In this document: in pieces, positions 17,913-27,200 of the stretch | How the letters are laid out: each line of letters opens with the position of its first letter | Numbering within the stretch: the first letter of the stretch is position 1 | Origin: an uncultured bacterium | Lineage (GTDB): Bacteria; UBP14; UBA6098 | Reading direction: 5' to 3' | DNA length: 64,000 nt | Assembly: GCA_964606695.1 (NCBI GenBank) | Contig: CAZSHG010000010.1 | Coordinates: 9,497-73,496, forward strand | Translations under genes and position numbers: made by a program | The notes under the pieces: model-generated | Told to the model about the DNA's origin: nothing | The model's database searches: none | The model's input: the letters and a program-made list of their open reading frames with translations, nothing else

Positions 17913-18362
17913 TTCATTAGAAGTATAGTTATCTAATCATTAAAAGTTTAGTTATCTTAGAACTCCTGTTTAACTTCTAAAATACGAAAGTCTAATTTAT
18001 AAAACAAATAAATAATACCTTCATCTTAAAAAAGTATTTCACCCAAAATAGCCTAATTGAATGTCCTGTCAAGTCTAAAAACGATTTTTCTAAAGTTTTT
18101 TTTTAAGTTAATAAAAAGCTTTTTATGATCTTATTACTGATTTCTTACTCTGAAGTAACGCGTTATTTCTTATATGTGCATATTCGAATATTAATTCGTA
18201 ATGGTAAAATTATATTTATGGATACACTCGTATTCCTATTGATATTTGTGTTATTATCCTATTAGAATTTGACTATAATTAATATTAATGTTATACCTTA
18301 AGTAAAGCAGATAACTATATTATAATCAAAAGAGTAATGAATTTCTTAATAAAGATATTCCA
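17913..18362. promoter_or_regulatory. Visibly AT-rich ~450-bp island upstream of the giant gene; presumed promoter/leader
   Basis: Base composition changes sharply relative to the flanking coding DNA. agttatct occurs at 17937 and 17960, with an inverted copy agataact at 18309. I identified no convincing ORF. Confidence 0.35.
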
Positions 18363-18400
18363 TAGAAAAAAGCAAGGATTGAAAATTTTAATCCTTGCTT
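18363..18400 (-). terminator. Rho-independent terminator closing the 25-kb minus-strand cluster
   Basis: aagcaaggatt (18370-18380) pairs with aatccttgctt (18390-18400). On the minus strand it is followed by ttttttc. It lies 25 nt after the stop of the DsrE-like gene. Confidence 0.75.
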
Positions 18401-18424
18401 TAATCTTTTTAGATTTACTGTTCG

Positions 18425-18778
18425 TTAGAACGAGAAGGTCAGCGTGGCGTCTTTCGCCTCGTTGATGAATGTGGTCGCGCCGACTACTTCCACGCCCTCG
18501 CGCAAATCTTCCTCGGTGAAGCCGTTGGCTTCGAAGGAAAGCTCGCACATCAGGATTCTTCCGCCGAGAAGCTGGTAGCCCTCGACGAGTTCCATCAGTT
18601 CGGGCATGCCTTTGCCGGTCATGTTTTCCATAACGCCCTTAACCAGAGCGGATGCGCCGCCCGGGGTGAAGAACAGAATAACGTCGTCGCCGGAAGCTAT
18701 CGCCGAAGATGCTACGACGAAAGGCATGAAAATGTTTTCCGGTTTAGCGCCGTTGATTGTGATTGCCATCATTCCCAT
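18425..18778 (-). CDS. DsrE/DsrF-like sulfur-relay family protein (COG2210-type)
   Basis: 117 aa, no signal peptide. MAITINGAKPENIFMPFVVASSAIASGDDVILFFTPGG...ILMCELS is typical of DsrE-like proteins encoded next to TusA and rhodanese. RBS aggaga. Confidence 0.7.
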   Translation of the reverse strand: MGMMAITINGAKPENIFMPFVVASSAIASGDDVILFFTPGGASALVKGVMENMTGKGMPELMELVEGYQLLGGRILMCELSFEANGFTEEDLREGVEVVGATTFINEAKDATLTFSF

Positions 18779-18814
18779 TTGTTTTCTCCTGTTGTTTTTT
18801 GTTTATCGATTGAA

Positions 18815-19663
18815 TTATTCCATCGGGTTAGAAGAAGTCGCCGCCCATTCGTAGATGCCGCCGTCATAGACTTTGACATTCCCATAGTCCAGAACGTTTT
18901 TGAGGGCGAAGTAGATTATGCCGCTACGCAGGCTGGTTTCGCAGTAGATGATGATTTCCTTGTCGGATGTGATTCCGGCGTTGGTGAAGAGGGATTTCAT
19001 TTCCGCCTGGGGAATGAGGGTCTCGTCTTCCGTGATTATTTGCTCATAGTTGAAACTAATCGCGCCGGGGATATGTCCCTTGCGGGATGCTTCGCCCTTT
19101 TCGCCACTGAACTCTTCCGGTGTGCGGACATCGACGAGAACTACGCCGGGTTTGGCCATATTCGCCTTGACATAATCCATGGAAGCGAAGACATCGGGGT
19201 TCAGGGAGACGTTGAAGGTAGTCGGTTCGAGGACAGTGGGGTCTTTTGTAACGGGCTTACGAGCTTTGCGCCAGGCTTTCATCTGGCCGTCGAGCATCGA
19301 AACGTCCTTTGCGCCGAGGTAGTCGAGAATCCAATAGAGTCTTCCGGCTCGAACGCCTGTGTCGCAGTATAGGACTATCTTGTTGGTTTCCGAGATGCCC
19401 TTTTCGCCGAGGATTTTCGCGACGTCTTCGGGGCTTTTGAGCATGCCCTTGATTTCGCCGGGTTTGTCGAGGTCCTCGAACCAGAGATGCATCGCGCCTG
19501 TGATGTGAACTGTGCTGTAATCCGATGCTTTTCTGCCTGAGACGATAATGAGGTTTTCATCACCAGTCATGCCTGCGAGGTCTTTCACGCTGATAAGTTG
19601 CGCCTGAAGCAGACCTGCAAACAGCAGAAGGGCAAGCGAGAACAGTATTAGAGTTTTTTTCAT
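18815..19663 (-). CDS. Exported tandem-rhodanese sulfurtransferase
   Basis: Signal peptide MKKTLILFSLALLLFAGLLQA. Two rhodanese domains, each with an active-site loop Cys: VLYCDTGVRAG and IIYCETSLRSG. Confidence 0.8.
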   Translation of the reverse strand: MKKTLILFSLALLLFAGLLQAQLISVKDLAGMTGDENLIIVSGRKASDYSTVHITGAMHLWFEDLDKPGEIKGMLKSPEDVAKILGEKGISETNKIVLYCDTGVRAGRLYWILDYLGAKDVSMLDGQMKAWRKARKPVTKDPTVLEPTTFNVSLNPDVFASMDYVKANMAKPGVVLVDVRTPEEFSGEKGEASRKGHIPGAISFNYEQIITEDETLIPQAEMKSLFTNAGITSDKEIIIYCETSLRSGIIYFALKNVLDYGNVKVYDGGIYEWAATSSNPME

Positions 19664-19684
19664 TCTTTCTCCTTTTCTATTAGG

Positions 19685-20752
19685 TTAGTTAAACAAAGCC
19701 TGGAATTGGACAACAAGCTCATCATTGGGGACTTCGTTGCCGTATTCGGCTTTGTATAGATAGTTGACCTGAACTCTCGACCAGTCGTTGATGAAGTAGT
19801 TAATGCCGAAAGTAATAATGCCGGTTTCGTCATCTTCGGTATCCGAATCGCGATCGTAGAATTCGTATTTGACCACGGGCTGAAGGTTCCAGGGCGTCAT
19901 ATACGCTATGAAACCCCAGTAGCCGCCGCTTTTGGATTCGCCGGGGGGGACGACTGTGTACCAGGTGGTATCATGGGTGCAGTCAGGGGGATGTGTGACG
20001 GTGCCGCCGGAAGATTCTCTTTTTCCGCCGATATATTCTCCCTGAATGAGTAAATCTTTATAAGCAAATTGTAATTCGCCTGCAAATATCGTCTTTTTGT
20101 CTTCCTCTTCGGCTGTTGGGTCGGCCGCAGGCTGTTTGCCGGTCTGGAAACTCCCGCCGATGTTTAACATCTCGATAGGGGTTACTACGACCCTTGCGAC
20201 GATGTCTTTGGCCTTGTTGTTATCGATATCGGCCAATCCTGTCCCGTGCATTAACCCGATATTGTATCTGACCAAACTTTCGTAGTTGCCGTAAAGCATC
20301 AAACCAAGGTCGCGGTCGAGGACCAAATTGTTCACAACTTCGGAACGATAGATGGTGTATAATGCCTGGCATCCCGTATTTCTTTCGAGTCCGAAAGGAG
20401 TCTTGAATCTACCCATAGAGAAACTGGCGTAGGATTCGAGACGAGTGTATGAGACGAATGCATCCAGGAGCTTGACATCGCCCTTGAAGGGGCTTGTTTC
20501 GAGCAGAAGATAGTAACTGACGTCATATGGGATATTGCCCATGACGCCTAATCTTGCCCGGTTAAAGGTGAAATCGAATCTATTGTCGGCCTCGCCGGAA
20601 GCGTCCTCGGCGAATTTGTATTCCAGCTGAGGCTGAATATAACCGATTACATTGACGCCTTCCGATGAGCCGCCAGCCATGCATCCTTGCGCAAAAAGCG
20701 CTCCCGAATACATGGTGAGTAGAAGAAGCGATAGTAACAACAACCTTCGCAT
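19685..20752 (-). CDS. Outer-membrane porin, porin O/P (OprO/OprP)-like
   Basis: I chose the ATG at 20752 (MRRLLLLSLLLL...), which is preceded by ggaggaaaa; the track start at 20764 is also possible. MGRFKTPFGLERN...LDRDLGLMLYG...YNIGLMHGTG matches the porin O/P signature. Beta-strand periodicity throughout. Confidence 0.6.
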   Translation of the reverse strand: MRRLLLLSLLLLTMYSGALFAQGCMAGGSSEGVNVIGYIQPQLEYKFAEDASGEADNRFDFTFNRARLGVMGNIPYDVSYYLLLETSPFKGDVKLLDAFVSYTRLESYASFSMGRFKTPFGLERNTGCQALYTIYRSEVVNNLVLDRDLGLMLYGNYESLVRYNIGLMHGTGLADIDNNKAKDIVARVVVTPIEMLNIGGSFQTGKQPAADPTAEEEDKKTIFAGELQFAYKDLLIQGEYIGGKRESSGGTVTHPPDCTHDTTWYTVVPPGESKSGGYWGFIAYMTPWNLQPVVKYEFYDRDSDTEDDETGIITFGINYFINDWSRVQVNYLYKAEYGNEVPNDELVVQFQALFN

Positions 20753-20830
20753 ATTTTCCTCCATTGTTTTTTTTACAGGGAGAAGGATGGCTTCCCCCTG
20801 TATGTTATTGTTTCTCTTAAACGTATGTAA

Positions 20831-21787
20831 CTACGGGGTTGTAACCACGTAGGGATAATCTCCCGAAGCCGTCCATTTACTGCTCTCGAGATCGTCGTAG
20901 ATCATGGCGTTCACACCGTATTTGAGGCTCTTAGCATCGTAGCCGAGAACGGTCAGATATGCTGTAGCTACTGCTGAAGTATGTCCTGTCCAGCAATAAG
21001 TTACGATAGTCTGGCTCGGATCGAGATGCATAAAGCCGTCACTGGCGAGGGTTAGGTCTTCATTGATCCTATATGCGCCATCGATGTGGCCATATTGAGT
21101 AACGGCTGTTTCCGGCCAATAGACATTCACGAAGTAATCGGTCGGAGTTTCGAGGACGACACTGCCGTCAATGCCTTTGAATCCGCCGGTAACCATAGCC
21201 TCGACGCGCTCGGCGAGAATAGCCGAACCGGTGGTCGAGTTTGAAGTGATTTCCGGATAGTCGAAGGTTGCCAGTGGCGCTGTAGCCGTTGTAACCCAAC
21301 TCGCATGTCCCGAGGCGATGTTGCCGGTAAAGGAAGTCCATTTATCGAACACGGAATTCCACGAGCTCATGCCGAACTTGAGGTTCTTAGCAGTCGGATA
21401 GCCGCTGAGACGCAATGCTACGACAGCATTACAGGCACTCTGGCCACTATAGCAAGTAACCACGATGGGCAAGGAACCGCTGGCCGCGGCGTCGGTAACG
21501 ATATTCGCCAATGACGAATGAATCGCGCCTTCGATGTGGCCGAGGGTGTCGTAATCGCCCTGACTCCGAATGTCCATAATATAGTAGGAATCGGGATTGG
21601 CCGCGACGTCAGAGGCGGTGATTGTCCAGGCGTTTGTCATATCCGTCAGGTCCATGCTGTTGGCTTCCATGTATTCGACAAGGATATCGAAAGCTGAATC
21701 ATCGGGGGGATCGGTGGAATCTTTACAGCCGCTGAACAATGCCAGCATGGCCATAAGAGTGATAAGCAAATAAGCTTTTTTTAACAT
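20831..21787 (-). CDS. Lipoprotein with two rhodanese domains
   Basis: Lipobox LALFSGC. Active-site-type loops VVTCYSGQSAC and VTYCWTGHTSA. Confidence 0.75.
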   Translation of the reverse strand: MLKKAYLLITLMAMLALFSGCKDSTDPPDDSAFDILVEYMEANSMDLTDMTNAWTITASDVAANPDSYYIMDIRSQGDYDTLGHIEGAIHSSLANIVTDAAASGSLPIVVTCYSGQSACNAVVALRLSGYPTAKNLKFGMSSWNSVFDKWTSFTGNIASGHASWVTTATAPLATFDYPEITSNSTTGSAILAERVEAMVTGGFKGIDGSVVLETPTDYFVNVYWPETAVTQYGHIDGAYRINEDLTLASDGFMHLDPSQTIVTYCWTGHTSAVATAYLTVLGYDAKSLKYGVNAMIYDDLESSKWTASGDYPYVVTTP

Positions 21788-21817
21788 ATTCTCTCCTCAA
21801 AGGATAATTTTTTGGGG

Positions 21818-22267
21818 CTATCCGCCGCAACCGGCCGCAACCGGTTCGGCGTCAAGATCGGCATCGGGATCGAGCCAAAGGGTATAGCCGCCATATAGAT
21901 TGTAGATATTTGTGTATCCGAGCTTGCGAAGTCTCTCTATCGCTAAAGCTCCGCGCTTTCCTTTTTCGGAATAGATGATGATAAAGGCGTCCTTGCCGGG
22001 CTTATCCCAGGCTTGAGCGCGCCAGTATGCATCGTCTTCGATGCTTTTTTCCACCACTCCGAGGGGCATGTTGAAAGCGTAGTCGATATAGCCCTCGTCG
22101 AACTCATAAGGCTCGCGAACATCGAGGAGGATGAATTCGCCTTCCTCGTCGAAAATTGCCTGAAGCTCGTCTCGGTCCATTTCGTAATCGCCCTTGATGC
22201 CGGATCCGCCGCAACCAGTAAGGATTAGGGATACGGCAAGAACTAACAGTATAATTGATTTTTTCAT
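21818..22267 (-). CDS. Lipoprotein with a single rhodanese-like domain (Ser replaces the catalytic Cys) and a C-terminal ...AAGCGG tail
   Basis: I moved the start to the ATG at 22267 (RBS ggaggcgag), which gives MKKSIILLVLAVSLILTGC (lipobox). The loop FIIIYSEKGKRGA aligns with the xxYCxxGxRxx loops of the neighbouring rhodaneses. The ORF ends DPDADLDAEPVAAGCGG-stop. Confidence 0.7.
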   Translation of the reverse strand: MKKSIILLVLAVSLILTGCGGSGIKGDYEMDRDELQAIFDEEGEFILLDVREPYEFDEGYIDYAFNMPLGVVEKSIEDDAYWRAQAWDKPGKDAFIIIYSEKGKRGALAIERLRKLGYTNIYNLYGGYTLWLDPDADLDAEPVAAGCGG

Positions 22268-22280
22268 TATTCTCGCCTCC

Positions 22281-23492
22281 TTAAATTGCGGAAAATTTGC
22301 CGGTTCGTTCGTTCCACTTGACGAATACATACCAGAGGATGATCAACACCGCCATGAGAGCGAATGCCCCGCCGTAGCGCAGATAATCGGGCAGGAAAAT
22401 AGCCTTCTGCGACCAGTCGGGAAGTATGTGTGTAAACCAGGGTCCTACGAACTGAGCCGAGATAGGAGACATGAGTGCGAAACCAAGTCCTGCAAACCAG
22501 AGTTTGATTTGGCCTTCGCCCATACGCCACAATGTTCCGACAGCACACCCGCCGGCGATGACCATTCCCATACCGAAAATGGTGCCGCCGATAAGACCGT
22601 TCAGCCAGAAATTAGGCATGACCCAGACCAAAGCTACAGCCCTTGCTCCGCTTGGATAGGCCGAATTGATGCCCATATATTTCAAGACCGTGAAACCTAT
22701 CAGTCCGACCGCGAGAGCAGACATGACAGCAACCGGAGCCTCCGATTCACCAGTCATAAAAGGTTCGCGGAAAGAACGGGTAACGCAGAAACGCGACCGT
22801 TGACTGATTAATCCGAGAACTAATCCAATAATCGCAAACCAGGTGAGAACATCGTTATTCTTGTAGAAGAATGACGCGCCAATGAGCAGAAACATCATCA
22901 CTAAGAAGCCCAATATAGGTTGCCAGATGCCGGATTTCTCCCTGGCGGCGAGAAGCGTTACGCTCTTGCCCGAACTGAACTTTGGAAGTTTTTCCATTTC
23001 CCATAGAAGATACCTCAGGGCAATAAAAGCCCCCAGGGCAAATCCCAGGGCTAATGGAATCGCGCCGGCGGACAGAGCCGGGATACCGCTCAGGAATCCG
23101 CCAATCGTGCAACTTTTGCCTATATGGCATCCAAGCGCCATCAACACACCGCCAATAAGACCTTTCACCATCTCGCCCAGCGGCGGTATTCGAATGGCGA
23201 ATTCGCGGGACATAAGCGCTCCCACGAAAGCACCGATAACAGTCATCGTGCCGAGAAGGCCGTAAAGGTGATAATGAACCGGTGTTGCTCCTTCGAGACC
23301 GAGAATACCGAACAGCTTGAATATATTCTGTCCCCAGCTGAGATAGGTTCCAGTGCCTCCCCATGGTGATTTAACCATGAAGAGCACAATATTCAGCGTC
23401 GCAAGGATAATCCCGCCGACCCACATAGGCCAGGTTTTCCCGAAGAATGTTAACCAAAGTTGGCGCCAGGCTCCATTTTTAGAGTCTGACAT
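22281..23492 (-). CDS. yeeE: YeeE/YedE family (TsuA-type) sulfur-compound/thiosulfate transporter
   Basis: Polytopic membrane protein. The three conserved Cys contexts of the family are present: GKSCTIGGF, QRSRFCVTRSFRE and GMGMVIAGGCAVGTLWRMGEG. Confidence 0.8.
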   Translation of the reverse strand: MSDSKNGAWRQLWLTFFGKTWPMWVGGIILATLNIVLFMVKSPWGGTGTYLSWGQNIFKLFGILGLEGATPVHYHLYGLLGTMTVIGAFVGALMSREFAIRIPPLGEMVKGLIGGVLMALGCHIGKSCTIGGFLSGIPALSAGAIPLALGFALGAFIALRYLLWEMEKLPKFSSGKSVTLLAAREKSGIWQPILGFLVMMFLLIGASFFYKNNDVLTWFAIIGLVLGLISQRSRFCVTRSFREPFMTGESEAPVAVMSALAVGLIGFTVLKYMGINSAYPSGARAVALVWVMPNFWLNGLIGGTIFGMGMVIAGGCAVGTLWRMGEGQIKLWFAGLGFALMSPISAQFVGPWFTHILPDWSQKAIFLPDYLRYGGAFALMAVLIILWYVFVKWNERTGKFSAI

Positions 23493-23561
23493 ATAACTCC
23501 TTTCTTTTTAACCGTAACTCGTTATGAAATTCGGTCGTTTAGACCGTTTCAATTGTTATGG

Positions 23562-23792
23562 TTATCCTTTTTTGATGTAAAACCTATTGACCCCGCCATC
23601 TTCTTCGACCAGTTCGAGAAACTCGTTGCCGGTTTTCTCGCACCATGCGGGGACGTCGTTCTTCGAACCCGGATCCGTGCCCAGTAGTTCCAGAACCTGA
23701 CCGCTTTCCATTCCCTTAATCGCCTTGGCGAGTTTCAGAATGGGCATTGGACAGGATAGACCTTTGCAATCCAGTGTTTCGTCGACTTTCAT
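23562..23792 (-). CDS. tusA: TusA/SirA-family sulfur carrier (TsuB/YeeD-like partner of YeeE)
   Basis: 76 aa. LDCKGLSCPMPILKLAKAIKGM carries the CPxP motif. RBS gggagg. Confidence 0.85.
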   Translation of the reverse strand: MKVDETLDCKGLSCPMPILKLAKAIKGMESGQVLELLGTDPGSKNDVPAWCEKTGNEFLELVEEDGGVNRFYIKKG

Positions 23793-23822
23793 CTTTTACC
23801 TCCCTTTTGGGTTTTGATAATC

Positions 23823-23895
23823 CATATCGAATCGTTTTATTAGTTAATTTATACGTCTTAGAATAATATAAACCACGCACATATCCAAACGTTTT
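23823..23895. promoter_or_regulatory. Pair of 16-nt direct repeats in the arsR-tusA intergenic region; candidate operator/promoter elements
   Basis: catatcgaatcgtttt (23823-23838) and catatccaaacgtttt (23880-23895) share 14 of 16 positions. They lie in an AT-rich 128-nt gap upstream of tusA-yeeE. Confidence 0.3.
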
Positions 23896-23920
23896 TTTTT
23901 GTTGATTAGAGTATATGCAA

Positions 23921-24193
23921 TCAGCCTTTCTCTATTAGTTCGACAATATTCCAAACGGTCTTATCGATGACTTTATAGCACCTTTTGGAACCTTCCCGCC
24001 TGCCCTTAATAATCTTCAGATTACGAAGAACCCTTAGATGCTGTGAAATGGTGGATTGGGGTATTTTCAGTTTTTCGACCATCATCGAGACCGAACATTC
24101 GTCCTTCATTACCCCGGAGATTATCTGAAGGCGGGTCTTATTAGACAGAGCTTTGAATATCTCGGCGTATTTTTCAAATTCTCTTTCCGTCAT
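23921..24193 (-). CDS. ArsR/SmtB-family winged-helix transcriptional regulator
   Basis: FKALSNKTRLQIISGVMKDECSVSMMVEKLKIPQSTISQHLRVLRNLKIIKGRREG is the canonical ArsR HTH. Two Cys are present (DECSV and KRCYKV). Confidence 0.85.
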   Translation of the reverse strand: MTEREFEKYAEIFKALSNKTRLQIISGVMKDECSVSMMVEKLKIPQSTISQHLRVLRNLKIIKGRREGSKRCYKVIDKTVWNIVELIEKG

Positions 24194-24210
24194 ACTAACA
24201 TAATTCCTAA

Positions 24211-27200
24211 TTAGATATTTAATGCGGCTTCGAGAACCGACGATGTTTGATTATATTTGAATCCAAGTTGCTCCATCGCACCGGAGGGACAGCTCGTCGC
24301 GCAGTTCCCACAGCCCTTACAAAGAGCAATATTGACCTGCGAAACCTGTCTTCCGTCCTTGATTATCACCTTCGGCGCTGTGTAGGGGCAAACGGCTTCG
24401 CATATACCGCACCCAACGCAGACGTCCTGGTTCACCGACGCGATAATAGATTCCGCCGTGTATTTGTCCTTCGATATTAGCGTGCATGCTCTCGCGGATG
24501 CGGCCATAGCCTGAGAAATCGACTCGTCTATAGTCTTGGGTGCGTGCGCCAGTCCCGCCAGGAACACGCCCTCCGTTGCGAAATCCACCGGGCGGAGCTT
24601 CACGTGCGCCTCCAGGAAGAAGCCGTCCTCGTTAAGCGGCGTCTTGAGCATACGCGAAATATCCACCGCGTTGGCTCTCGGAACAACGGCGGGAGCGAGA
24701 ACGAGTAAATCCGGGTTTATTTCCAATCGTTCGCCCAGTATAGGATCATCGACCTTCACGCGAATAGTGTCGCCGTCCTGCGTTACTACGGGCTTTTCGG
24801 CCTCGGTGTATCGGATGAAGATAACACCTGCATTCCGCGCTTTCTGATAATATTCCTCGCCGAAGCCGTAAGTCCTGATGTCCCGATAGAGTATGTAGAT
24901 ATTCGCTTTGGGGTTTTCCTCGGCCAGTTTGATCGCGTTTTTAATTGCCTTAGTGCAACAAATCCGCGAGCAATAGGGGTGTTTTTCGTCCCGCGACCCG
25001 ACGCATTGTATCATCACGACGTTCTTGGTCTTTTTCAGGGACTTATCCTCCGGATCGAAAAGCCTCTCTTCCAGTTCATTTTGTGTGAGGACTTTATCGT
25101 TTTCGCCGTAAAGATATTCTTCCGGTTCGTATTCCTCGCCGCCCGTAGCTACTACAATAACACCGTGTTCGATCGGTCTGTCCTCGCCGCCACTGTCAAC
25201 GATTTCCGTTTTGTAATTACCGATATATCCGTCGATGTCCTTTATCTCCGCGCTATTAAACAGGGTTATTTTTGGATGGTTCTCAACGGAGTAAATCAGG
25301 TCTTTCAGATATCCCTGCACGTCCTCGCCGGCGGGAGTGGAGTATATGTTGCGCATATTGCCGCCGAGTTCCGCTTCCTTTTCGACGAGGGTAACATCGA
25401 ACCCCTGATCCGCGATCGAGAGCGCGGATACCATACCGGCCAAACCGCCACCAATAACCAGCGCACTCTGATCGACGTCGAGAGTAACTGTCGGCAACGG
25501 TTCGAGCAGACACGATTTAGCGACCGCCATCCTCAGGAGCTTTCTGGCCTTTTCGGTGGCTTTTTCAGGTTCTTCACGATGCACCCAGGAGCATTGATCA
25601 CGAATATTCGCCATCTCGAACAGGCGCGCGTTCAATCCCGATTCGCGCAGGGTCTCCTGGAAAAGCGGCTCGTGCGTCCTCGGCGAACACGACGCCACAA
25701 CTATCCTGTTAAGCCCGTATTCGGCTATCTTATCTTTGATCTTTTCCTGTGTGTCCTGCGAACAGGTGAAAAGGTTATCCTCGGCGTAGGCTACGTTCGG
25801 CAATGTGTATGCGTAATCCACGAGCGATGGGACATCGACGACACTGCCGATATTTATTCCGCAGTGGCACACGAATACCCCGATTCGCGGCTCTTCCATC
25901 CTGACGTCCCTCTCAGGTGGATAGACCTTCTCCGCAATCGCCGTCCCTCTGACTTCGGCGAGGATACTTTCCGCGCCGGCGACCGCTCCAGATGCCTGTG
26001 TTACGGTTTCCGGGATGTCCTTCGGCGCGCTTGCCGGGCCACATACGAAGATTCCTTCGCGAGACGTTTGCACAGGTTTGAAAGTCGATGTCTCGACGAA
26101 AGAATGTTGGTTCAACCTTATTCCGAGACGTCTTTCGAGTTCGGACGTAGTGTCCGTCGGCTCGAAACCGACTGAGAGAACGACCATATCGAATTCCTCG
26201 GCATATTGACGCCCGTTTTCCTCGGTAGAATAATATACCATCAAATTGCCCGTTTCGGGTATATCGACGACCTTTCCGACACGCGACCGAATGAACCGAA
26301 CGCCCGTCTCGTCTTTTGCCCTGTTATAATAGGCCTCGAAGTCTTTGCCGTAGGCGCGTAAATCCATGAAGAATATAGTCGGCTCGATGTGTTTCTCGTG
26401 TTCCTTTGCGATCACCGCCTCTTTTATGGCATACATACAGCATACCGATGAGCAATATTTCTTATGATCGATTTCGTCCCTGCTCCCCACGCACTGTATC
26501 CACGCGATCTTACGCGGACTTGAATCGTCGGAAGGTCTCTGGATATGACCGCCAAAAGGCCCCGACGCCGATAGCATACGCTCGAATTGAATACTCGTCA
26601 GGACGTTGGGATATCTGCCGTATCCGTATTCGTATTTATGTGATGGATCGTATTTCTTCGCGCCGTTGGCCAGGATAATCGCGCCGACATCGACCTCGAC
26701 TACTTCGCTGACCATATCGTGCAAAACGGCATCTGCTTCACACGCGCTCTCACACTCGAGGCATCCGGAACACAAGCCGCATTCCAGGCATCTTTCGGCC
26801 TCAGCCATAGCCTCCTCTTCCGAAAAGCCGAGTTCGAATTCCACGAAACTCTTCGTTCTCTTTTCCATTTCGACGGTCGGCATGACCGCTCTGGGTTTTC
26901 TGTCTGTGATTTCAGGGAGAGGTTTCATGGGCAATTCCTCGTCGGGGACGTTCCTGCCCGCGCCGATGTCCCGGCCGGTTAAGAACCTGTCGATAGAAAT
27001 CGCCGATTCGTTGCCCTGATGGACGGCTTCGACAATCGATGCCGGGCCGAGAACAATATCGCCGCCCGCGAATACCCCCGGGATATTCGTTTCCAGAGTT
27101 ATCGGATCGACTTCGATTACGCTTCTATTTAATTCGATCGCGTCGAATCCGTTCAAATCGGAACGCTGACCTATCGCGATAATCACCGTGTCAGCCTTAA

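Noticed and set aside
24979-26175. 398-aa plus-strand ORF. Similar long antisense ORFs occur at 33769-34728, 54869-56110, 57871-58761, 44034-44684, 22194-22811 and 18779-19372, with many shorter ones
   Set aside because: All lie antisense to, or out of frame within, genes with strong family signatures. Their translations are Arg/Gly/Val-rich shadow products with no motifs or RBS. They are typical shadow ORFs.
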